Below, piece by piece: positions 26,899-37,700 of a stretch of DNA of 64,000 nt (the first letter of the stretch is position 1; every line of letters starts with the position of its first letter). The stretch lies in assembly GCA_038046365.1 (NCBI GenBank), contig JBBSWF010000136.1, positions 3,681 to 67,680 of the forward strand. The letters are read 5' to 3'. The notes below the pieces were generated by a model. That model worked only from the letters and a program-made list of their open reading frames with translations, ran no database searches and was not told the DNA's origin. The stretch comes from Nanobdellota archaeon (GTDB lineage Archaea; Nanobdellota; Nanobdellia; Woesearchaeales; JAGWAF01). The translations under genes and the position numbers were made by a program.

Positions 26899-27555
26899 TC
26901 AACGGACTGACTTCTTCGCAGGCCTTGCGACAGACTGAGCCAACACAGTCGCAGTGAACAGGCTCGCGAAAACAGAGACCAGACCGATGAACAGCGAAGA
27001 CAGGATCAAGCCTGTCCAGCTCTCAGAAAAAATCGCCACAGCGGTCAAGGACAGGATGGTCGCGGCCACAGAGACCGCAAGCGACACCACCCAAGCGATG
27101 ATGAAATCTAGACTGAAAGCCCAACGGACGTCGTCGACTGGATGGAACGCCAAAGACCAAGAACGTTCTCTTGCGACCTTGAGCATCGACGCAGGGAACG
27201 CGATCGACCCTAAACCGAGCAACAGGTATGCCAAAGCAGACGACAGAGTCCTAAACGCAGGGTCCTCGAACGCCAGGACACCCGGAGACGACAAAACCAA
27301 TAATAAATATCCTGGCAGGACAGAGGCTGCCGCAAAAACAATGAAAAGAAGGCCGTCCTTAGCAAGCGACCAGAAACCCACCCAATCAGGAAGGCCCGGT
27401 CTCGCATCGATGACATGCCGCATCACCTCAAAGACATAACCATACACCCACGGGAATGAGACGAATGATATGGGCGGGAGAGAAAGAATGAAGAAAACTC
27501 CAGATTTCCATACATCCGAGAAAGGACGCTTTACCGCATCGATCAATGAAGGCAT
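26899..27555 (-). CDS. DUF4013-like polytopic membrane protein (paralog A)
   Basis: KRPFSDVWKSGVFFILSL...WVYGYVFEVMRHVIDARPGLPDWVGFWSLAKDGL fits the remembered DUF4013 N-terminal pattern. A paralog lies at 52962..53609. Confidence 0.55.
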   Translation of the reverse strand: MPSLIDAVKRPFSDVWKSGVFFILSLPPISFVSFPWVYGYVFEVMRHVIDARPGLPDWVGFWSLAKDGLLFIVFAAASVLPGYLLLVLSSPGVLAFEDPAFRTLSSALAYLLLGLGSIAFPASMLKVARERSWSLAFHPVDDVRWAFSLDFIIAWVVSLAVSVAATILSLTAVAIFSESWTGLILSSLFIGLVSVFASLFTATVLAQSVARPAKKSVR

Positions 27556-27742
27556 AAGGGCATGACCCGGACAACGATGATTTAACAGTTTTGGAAACAG
27601 ACTCCCACTGAGCAGGCGATTTGGTTTGGGCGGGAGCTATGGCCCAACTCCGGGGAGTCTGAGTGGTTGGATTTGGAACGTTTTCATGGTTTTCTTTTTA
27701 TAAAACAGATAATCCGCTTATCGACGATAAAAAAGAGAAATG

Positions 27743-27750
27743 TTTAAATA
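27743..27750 (+). promoter_or_regulatory. TATA-like box upstream of the 27782 gene / giant-gene operon
   Basis: TTTAAATA lies 32-39 nt upstream of the GTG at 27782. A second A/T box, CTTTTTATAAAAC, is at 27694-27706. Confidence 0.3.
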
Positions 27751-27781
27751 CTGAAATTTGAGGTTTGCCCCATTGGGATAG

Positions 27782-28786
27782 GTGGTAAGGTTGAATACCA
27801 AAAAGAGAGGACAGATAGCTATAGCTGCAGTGCTCGCGGCAGCCATCCTCGTCTTATTCCTCGTCGTGACACAGGTCATGAAAAAGCCCGTAGAGGTGAT
27901 GCCTGAAGCGACATCCGCGGCAACAATACGCGGGCTTGTCACAGCGTGCCTGCAGGAAGCGGCACAGGACGGCGCGTATCTCATCGGCAGGCAAGGAGGA
28001 TACCTTACGCTTGGCAATGACAGGTTCGAGATGGACGACATAAGCCTAGGCCCATTCGCGCACAGATCGAAGATCGTGGCACCAGGCATCGGACAGCTAG
28101 AGAACGACCTTGTAAGGCATATCGATTCGAAGCTGCCCCACTGCGTGATAGACGGACAAAGGGGGATCGGACAGAACCTCACATTCAAGACAACCAGATC
28201 CACAGTCCGCATCACACCCACACAGGTGGCGGTGACGACCGACTTCCCAGTGACTTCGACAGCAGGGGGACGGACAGAGACGGTGCACAAATTCTCATCA
28301 GTGATACCTGTACGGATAGGGATGCTGCGTAAGATAGCAGAGGACATACTTGCAGACAGAGTGTCTCATATAGGATTCTGGGACGTGACATTCCTCTCCG
28401 GATTGGCAGTGCCTGTGGAGATGCGAACGCTAAACGAGACATATGTGGTGTTCTCGCTGCTAGACAACGAGTCTTACACGCGGATCGAGGCGCCATATGT
28501 ATACAACGTCGCGCTGGATTCACCACCTAACGAGGCGCCGAGGATGATGCTGCCGGAGAAGTTCTCTTTGAAAGTCGGGCAGAGGTTCCAATACAAGGCG
28601 AGCGCAATCGACAATGATGAAGATCAGATCATATTCTTCGCGCCGAACCCATTGTTCAGGATGTCCTCGGAAGGAGTGATAGATTTCGTGCCGATGAATC
28701 CCGGAGTCACACCTGTGAAGATAGAGGCATATGATGACAAAGGAGCAGGATCCGCAAAGACAGTGCGGTTCGAGGTGTCGCCATGA
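27782..28786 (+). CDS. Protein with a class-III (type IV pilin-like) signal and a C-terminal cadherin/Ig-like domain
   Basis: The N-terminus is (M)VRLNTKKRGQIAIAAVLAAAILVLFLVV, that is, basic residues, RG/Q, then a hydrophobic helix. The C-terminus reads LPEKFSLKVGQRFQYKASAIDNDEDQIIFFAPNPLFRMSSEGVIDFVPMNPGVTPVKIEAYDDKGAGSAKTVRFEV, which is cadherin-like. Its stop overlaps the giant ORF start (ATGA). Confidence 0.6.
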   Translation: MVRLNTKKRGQIAIAAVLAAAILVLFLVVTQVMKKPVEVMPEATSAATIRGLVTACLQEAAQDGAYLIGRQGGYLTLGNDRFEMDDISLGPFAHRSKIVAPGIGQLENDLVRHIDSKLPHCVIDGQRGIGQNLTFKTTRSTVRITPTQVAVTTDFPVTSTAGGRTETVHKFSSVIPVRIGMLRKIAEDILADRVSHIGFWDVTFLSGLAVPVEMRTLNETYVVFSLLDNESYTRIEAPYVYNVALDSPPNEAPRMMLPEKFSLKVGQRFQYKASAIDNDEDQIIFFAPNPLFRMSSEGVIDFVPMNPGVTPVKIEAYDDKGAGSAKTVRFEVSP

Positions 28787-31700
28787 AGAGAAGGCATCTC
28801 GACCAGCTGATCGCACTGCTGATGATAATCCTGATAGTGGACACGCCGCTCGTGCAGGGAGCAGCGACCGCAAGCACACCTGCAGCGGGAGCAGGGGCGC
28901 TGGCGAAGACCCCCGAACAGGTGAAACAGGAACTGACCGATAAAAAAGAGGTGAAAGTCGAGAACAATATCGACAGTGTAAACAAAGCCCTAAAAGAAAC
29001 CGGAGAGATCCACAAAGACTCGAAGATAGACGTACCTCCAGAAGGGAACGTGGAGAGAACAAGCACAGGAGTCAGGATAACCGCAGGCACAGCTGAAGTC
29101 AACCTGGACAAAGGCGCAAAAGCCACGGTGAAGATGCAACAGACGCTGACTGGAAAACTGGTCGCGGGCGCAGTTGGGCTGGTCAAAGACTACAACCTCG
29201 CTCAAACATCAGCCGGACAGAAGGTCGCGGCGATCGCCGACCTAGTCGGATTCTCAGGCAGTTTCGAAGAAGGAATGACCGCAGCAGTGGGACTCCTTGG
29301 AGGACAGACACATACCACCGAAGTCGAATCAGAAACAAGGTCAGGAAAAAAGACCAAGAGAAAAATCAGCGGCGGAAAGACTACCGTAACACGGAAAGGA
29401 GATGTCAAAGTCAAGACAGATAAGGGGGAGCAGGAAACAGATATCACCGACTTCGAAGAGGGGACAGTCATTGGTGGAAACACGGCGATAGACAAGAAAA
29501 ACAATGCGATCGCATCATTCCAAGGACAAAATGTGGAACTCTCCACAGCTCCGGATGGATCATTGAGGATAAGCGGCAAAGGCGGCAAGGTCTCAGCATA
29601 TATCTCGGTCGAAGACAAGTATGGAGAAAAAGGGAGCTCCGGAACGCTCCGAGGAACGGCCACCACAACAGATGATACCGGTTGGATAACGATCGGGCAT
29701 AAGAACGGCGAGACCGTGATATCAGGGCAGAAAGCGACATTCGTTAGCACACCCAACGAAAAGGATATCGCGAACTACAAGCCATGGTCAGTGAGCGCAG
29801 ACGATTTCAGCGTAAAGATCGACAACCACAACCAGCTCTCCGAGGCCAGATTCAAGAACGGATACCTAGAACCTAACCCGGGAAGGAAGATAACTGATTC
29901 AGTCCCTCCCCTCAACAACGATTATGTCCAGTATTTCGCGAAGGGGACACGCGAACTGGCACTGAATCAGCAGTACTCCAAAGTCATCATCGATGAGAGC
30001 ATGTGGAAAGGCGCGGTGAAGGACGAATTCTTCAGGAACGGGCAGGGAGGGGAGAAGGACATCATCGAAGGAAAACAAAATGGATTCTTCGTGACAGCAA
30101 AAACAATCAAACCAGACCCTAATGAGCCTGGGAGCAAAGTGTCAAGGAGATACTTCATAGAGAACATAGATCCGAAATCAAAAGCAGGGTTCCTGGGATT
30201 CGTGACAAGCGAGGTCTACATCCCCGGAAAAGACGGCAAATCCATGATGGCAGATGGAAAACCCACCTCAATAAAATGGGGCGCCCTGATGGTCAAAGGG
30301 AAAGATGGAACCCTCAAACCCCACGTCGCGCTGATGGACGAGTCAATCAACACCGCGGCCCTGTTCAAGAAAAACCCTTCATCTATCGCACCGAATGTCG
30401 GAGTGGAGTTCGGGCCTTGGAAAGTCGACGCTGACAAGAGCGGGATAATGGCTGCCTCTGAGACAAAGCGCGGAAGGCAATATGGTTTATTCCTAGCTAA
30501 CGATGCGCTCACCGCGAAGACCACTGAATGGAGGGCGGAGTACACAAGAAGGGAGGATGCTGCTATCGCGGCCAAGCAAGCGGCTCTCAAAGCCCTAGAA
30601 GGAGGCGGCTTCACTTCTGCACAGATCAAAGAGGCGCAGCAGATCTTCGCCAAGTTGGGCGTGAAAAAGACGGCCGAAGACCTCAAGGTGATGTACTACC
30701 TCGACAAGAAAGACGCTAAGTCCGCAGCTGATATCGCCACTTCCCGGGACAACAGGAGGATGGTGGCAGATGCATTCTCACAGAGCACAGACCCCTCACA
30801 GCAGAAGACAGCGATGTCCATGTGGGGGGACCTGGCAAAGACCGCTGCGACAGAGAGAGAAGGAGAAGAGCTCCGGCGGAACATACTGAATCTCGACGGA
30901 AGACTGACCGGAAAGACCACTTTCGGGCAGGTGGACACACTCGCCGATGAGATCGCCCAAGGAAGGGCGAATTCAAAAGAGTATTACAAAAACGACCTCG
31001 AAGGATCGATAAGGCTAATGGACGCCAACCAGCGGCTGGCAGACGCAGTGAACTTCCAGGGCGTAGACACAGAAAAGAGACGCGAGGCAGACTACATCTC
31101 AGAGATACGTTCAGGAGGGGATGCGAAGGCAAAGACCTACGAGCTTGCGGTAGCATCGGATCGGATTGGATTAGAACAGGACGCCAAGGACAACTATGAC
31201 CTGGTCAGATCGCATCCCGATTATTATGGCGGGACCAATTCAGATATTGTCAAGAACGCCAATGCAAGATCTAAGGTAATCGGGGACCATCTCGAACAGG
31301 TCGTTGCGCGGCAACAAGCACAGCTCCCTGCAGAAGAGTTGAAGAAGCTCGGGAAAAGCGAGCTAGAAAAGATTGCGAAGACGCTCAGCGGAGGAAGCCA
31401 CTCAAACGAGATGAGAATCCTCGGAGAGTTGTACGAGCGGCGAGGACAGCATGATCTGGCTAAACAGACCTATGAATTAGGCCTGGTAAGCAGCGATCTT
31501 GGGGCGGGGAGCGCGGCTGAGAAGAGCCTTGGGCAAGGAAGGCAGACCGCGATGATCAACACCGCTGTAGAACAATTGCCCCGGCTCATCCAGAGCAACG
31601 ACTTCAAAGGAGCCAGGGCGCTGATCGAAGGCATCTCAAATGACCAGAAGCAAAAGATGGAAGAATACATCAACAATGCAGAGAACACCAAGAACACCCA

Positions 31701-34700
31701 AGACCTGATCAAGAACGGCAATTTCGCAGAAGCAGAAGCAACAGCAAAGAAGATCACCGACGCTAAGACAAGGGAGACCCTCCTTTTCAGAACATACGCG
31801 CTTAGCAACGACCTCACAAAGCTGACTGAATCCACCTCGTCATTCAAGGACGCAGGCGCGCGCGACGCAGCCTATGACTACCTAGCAACAACATATGAGC
31901 AGAGAGGACTCCGCGCCAGCGCAGAAGGGTTGATCGACAAGATCGCAGGCATCAGCCCGGAGGAAAAAGCGTTAAGAAAAGCCATGATGTACGCCGGGAC
32001 GGATGTCTCCAAGAAAGAGCATTTCCTGAAGCAGGCCGAAGCCATCTTGACCAGAGAAGGCGCGCAGAACAAAGAGGAGTACAACATGAATATGGCCCGA
32101 TATTCTGCGCTTATCGGGCGAAATAAAGATGTCGTAGATTCGTGGTATGCCGCAGCGATTGGAGACTTGCAAAAGGCAAAGCAAGGCGCCACACCAGAAA
32201 TCATCGCGAGGCTCACTGAACAGGAAAAATCATTCACCAAAGAAGTCCAAACCCTCCGAGCGATGGACACTAACACCCGGATATCAGAATACACAAAAAA
32301 ATTCAGCGAATTGGGGAGTCAGAGGGAAACCTTACGCAACCAAGAGGGATACCTGTGGAACAGCGAAGAGATCAGGAACAAGGTAAACACGGTGAATCAG
32401 AAGACCGCAGAGGCCCAAAAAGAATACGCAGCCTATTTCTCGACCCTTTCTTCAGCGTACATAGGCCTTGAAAGGTGGAGGATCGAGAACGGACAATACC
32501 CGGACACACCTCAGATCAAGCAGATGAAGCTCGATGCGCTGAAAGCGGCAGAAGAATCCCAGCGCATAATGAACAAATGGGCGAGCATCCCCGAGATCAC
32601 CTACCGGCCTGAAGAAATCGCGCTAAATGAATTGACAGCAAGGGGAAGAGAACTAACAACAGGCATATTCTTGAGCAATGAGATCGACGGAATCAACAAA
32701 GTCCAGAACGACCTGACCAAAGCGCTCCTTGAGAAACAGTATGGAGACAGGTATGCCCAGTACAAACTAGCTGAAAACGGAGGCGACATCCAGAAAACAC
32801 TCGCCGCGGTGAGGGATGACAAGACCAAATTCGACCAACAGCTAAAAAATCCTTACATGGATGATATCGGAAGGAACAACATTCGGACCTTCCAGACCAT
32901 CGTAGGCAACTCCCTAGGAACGCTTGAAGTCGCGACGAAACCGGACCTCAAAGTTGACTCACAGACATTCAGCTACCTGTCAGCGATGAGAGGGAACGAG
33001 ATCAATACAGTGTCCCGATTCAAGGAATTGAACCAAATCCCTCTGACTGACATCGAAAGACCGATGGTAGACCAACAGATATACCAGCTCAAAGCTTCGC
33101 AGGACGCGCTAAGCGCCAAGATGTATGAAAGGCTAGACACATACACGCCGACAGTAAGGGCATCGATCGACAAGATGACTGCCACGACCAGCGTGGCTGC
33201 AGGGGTCGTGAAGAACAATGAGATCACATCGTTCGACAAAGGGCTCTGGGGAACTGGTATAAGAAGATTCACGGATAATCTCTTGCAAGGGAGCATAGGA
33301 CAGGCATTCGAATCACTAGCGGACGTGAGCCTCGCCTCGACCTATTGGAGTTTAGGGAGCGATTATGACTCCACATACAGCACATACAACAAAGCTTTCA
33401 CAGACACAATCCAATCCTCAAAAGCAGCAAGACAGCTCAATGAGATCGCACAGATGTATCCCGGGGTCGATATCTACGACTCTAAGAATCTCGGCAAGCT
33501 CACCCCCGAACAGCAATGGATAGTCCAAGAAAGCATATTCAAGACCAAGCCACAATCCATCGAGGAGGCATACGGAGGAAAATCAGACAGCACATACTAC
33601 ACCTCAGGCGAAGCCTGGAAGGGCGCGACGAACCTCGGGAACCTCGGCAAGGTCGCGGCTTCGATGGCAGTCGCAGCAGTCACGACAGGAGGGCTCGGAT
33701 GGCTGGCTGGAGCGATAGGGTTGACAAAGAACGTCGGAACGACAACAACGGCTGCCGCGAATTTCCTGACTAACGCATTCGCATTCACGGTGGCAGACGA
33801 GGCAATCAATCAGATCGCCACAGGACGGTACGACGCGAGCAAGTTCGCAGATACAGAGTTCGGGACAAAGCTCGCCACAAACCTCGTGACGTTCGGAGCG
33901 ATGCATGCGCTAGGCTCTGCCACCAAACCTCTTTCATCTTACATATCCGGAGAAGGGAAGGCAGCGATCGAGGCAGCTTCGAAAGCAACCACCCAACCGG
34001 GAGGGAAAGCCGCGACCGCAGTGATCGAGGCAGCCACGAAACCGATCTCTCTGCCAAGAAGCATCCTTGCGAAGAGCACTGAGATAGGACTCACATCCGC
34101 AGGCATGGGAGCGGTCTTTGGAACCGCAGAGTATGTCCAAAGAAGACTCAATGGAGAGATCTTGACTGCTGAAGACATCCTCACAGGATACGGATCAGCG
34201 GCGCTGAACGGACTCATATTCACATCGCTGCACCAGGCAGCGACGACAGCAGTCACGACCGCCGGGACAAAGGTATCCTCGTATCTAACCGAGAAAGCCC
34301 TATCTTCAAGCGCGGAGAACGTGATAAAAACAGCCACCCAATTCGCCACGAAGATCGGCTTGGACCTTAGAGACCCGAACAAGGTCGCAGACACACTTGC
34401 GAGAGCGAAACTCCAGCAGGAAGGCATTAGCGCACCGACCCAGGAACAGGTCGCTCTAGCAAAATCAAGCATCCCTAAAGAAACAATCAACAGAGCCACC
34501 AATCCGACCGCCTCACCCGTCGAAAGGGCAGAGCCACTAAGACAGATAGGAAGATACCTCGCACGCACAATCGCTGAGTCCCAGATAACAGAAGCAGAAG
34601 TCCTACAGAAAGCAAAAACACTAGACAACAGGGGAGTGGGCCTCGAGAAAATGCCCGAGACCGAACGGGCTGGACTCATTGAAAGGGCTCGGCAAGGGCT

Positions 34701-37700
34701 TGTAGAGGAGAGGATACGCAACGACCTATCCCGGGCCAAGGGGAATGATGCGCTCGAGAGCCAGGTGAGAAAAGGGCTGACAGACGCGATCGAACAAGAG
34801 GCAGCCAAGCCTGGAGAAGCTATACTACCCTGGTCTGACATAACAGACTACCAGATGGCAGAGGCGCAATACAGGAAGCTGACAGGGCAGGCAGAGCTCA
34901 GTTCCATCGACCAGAAGATGTTCACACTAAGAGGCGCGTTGCCTGAAGAAGCCTTCAAAAAGATCATTGAGTCATCCGATTACCAAGGATGGATAGCCCG
35001 ACAAAAAACGATTGAGATGGACATCCTCAGCGCGAGACAGACCCTGGGCGAACTACGGACGACAGCAGAGGCACTCAAAGGCCCTGAAGCGACATCGACA
35101 AAGAAACCCCCACTTCAGGATTCCACGGCATACAAGGACGCCAGGGTCGCACTAGAGCCGACCAGGCTTGGAACGGAAAGAATGGTCCTCACGAACGAGC
35201 TCAGCGAGGCCAGGACAAGCGCAACTGACGCCCAGAGGGAACTCGAACGACTAGGATCGCTTGCAGACAAGCCCATCGAGAATGAAGCCGCATTCAAAGA
35301 GCAGGCACAATCAAGAGGGATGACATCTGAAGAAGCAAGGCAGGAAGCGACCAGGCAGGCCACGCAAAGGCTTGAAGAAGCCAACACCAAGAAAACACAG
35401 CTCGAGGCGCAGCTCAAAGAGAACGGCGACAATATACTGACAGCGAACCTGGAGAAGGCAATCCTCCAGAGTCCAGACAGCGCAGTCCCTGTGGCTGCAG
35501 AAGCCAGAGCAACATCCATACTCGCAGAGATAACCCGAGTGAATCAAGAGAAACAAAGGCTGAGCCAGACTGAGACCAGCGCCAAGGAACGCGCAAGACA
35601 GCTAGGTGAATACGAGCGAGCGCTAAACGAAGCGCTGCTCAAAGCACATGAACAGCTCAACCGCGCCAAAGCAGCGGTAGACAGCGAATCACCTGGAGTT
35701 CTCGACCTCCTTGGAAGAGGAGGCGCGTATCTCACGAGCAGAGAGAACCTGCTCAAGACGAAGAACGAACTCGAGACCGCCCAAGCACGGAAAATTTTCT
35801 CAGAAGACCTGATAAAACGAGTGGAAGACGCCAAGAAGAGCAGACAAATACCCAATGTCGAAGAGATCGCGCGGAAATTAGCGCAAGAATCCACAGACAG
35901 CAGATATGCCAGATTCGCGAATGACGCGGCAGAAGGCATCGCAAAGAAGGCCATGACCGCCGAGCAGACCATCGAATCAGCCAGAAGCGCGGCCGCCGAG
36001 AGACTTGATGAAGCTGAGACACGATACAAACTCGCAGTGAAACAATTCGCAGAAGGACAGAAACAACTGCTGTTCGACGATAACGCCCTTGCAGCGCAGG
36101 CAAGGATGGCAGATGCGCAAATGAATGCCGAATCCACAAAGGCGATGCTGGAGAAAGCAAAGACAGCGATGAGCATGGCGGAGACAAATTCAATCATCCA
36201 AGCCATGGACCTTGCCATGCTCATCGGAGACCCACAGATCAAAGGGATACTGGAGAACATCAACGGGATCTCCATGCTCGAAACTGGAAGATCAGAGGCA
36301 GAGACTGTAAAGGCCAAAGACCTCCGGAGAGAAGAGATAAACCGCATCGTGAACGAGAAGATGACCGGAATCGAGGCAGCGCCCGGATCGGCGGAGCACC
36401 AAGCAAAGCTCGAGACCGAGATCAAAGCCGCTGAGGCAGCGACGGCAGGAAAACTCACGGAATACTCACAACAAGCCAAACAGAAAGTGCAAGAAGCACT
36501 CCAGATGATGAAGGCAGAAGCAGCCCAATCCACACAGAAAATCCGGACCGCAGACGCGAAGAAAACATTGGAAGACATAGTCAAGGCAGAGGCTTCCAAA
36601 GGAAACCATGCCCAAATCGCGGACACTGTGCGCAGAGAGACCGGCCTGTCTAACCAAGACCTGGTGAAGCTCATGGGCAGCGAAAGGGGCAAAGCCCCAG
36701 TGATCGAAGAGCGCATACTCGAAGACAGGGAGTACAGCGCGCAAGAGAAGGACTCTCTTGAGAGACGAGTGAATGAGATTGAAATGAAGAGAAAATATTC
36801 CCCGCTCACCATCGAAGAGACTCTCGAACTCTACAGAGCAGACAAGCAGGCGAGGCTCTTGAGACTCATCGACGCAAAACAACAAGAAGTGTCCGACCTA
36901 GTATCCTCGCAAGGCAGGCAGGAAGGAGAGACAGCGACAATACTCGAGGCAAGGATATCAAAGGCTAGAAACGAGCTGGCGGACTTGCGCACAAAGAAGG
37001 AAGCGTCCATCAAGACATCAAACGAAAAGCTCAATCTACTACAGACACTAGAATTAAGAGGTTGGGAGTACATGACCAACAAAATGGGGGCCGGAGGCAG
37101 ACTGGCCAATTTCGACCCATTCCAGGTGGAAGCTGAATCAATCGCCTACGCACAGCACCTGATGGGAGCATCCACCGCCATGGCAGGAGGGAAATCCTCA
37201 TTCGTCGGACCCGGAATCCTAGAGACTTCCCGCTCAACACTTGGAATGAAAGGAGTCTTCCTGACCACGCAAGGACTCGCATTCGCGCAAAACCAGATAA
37301 TGGCAGAAAAGTTCGCGATGCTAGGCAGGAAAGTCTATTTCTTGGACGGGCTGGATAAACTGGCAGACCGGCTCACAAAGACACAAGAAGCCGACTTTGT
37401 TGTAGTAGGGGACCAGACCATAGGATTCTTGCTCACAAAGCTATGGGATCCCAACACGCCTGTGAACGAGCGGCTTGCCGCAAAGGGGATAATAGGCGAA
37501 CTCACCACCAACAGACACATATTCGCCGACGAAGCTGACAGCGTCTGGAAACCGAAAAATCGATATATCTCCGGCGGAAAACAGACCTCCCCTCCTGTCG
37601 AGAAGCTGGCTATCGCGTCGAGCGTAAACACAATATTCGAGAGGATGGGGCTGTACGTGCTAGACAAGAACGGAAATGAAGCCTACAGAGCGAAGATTGT

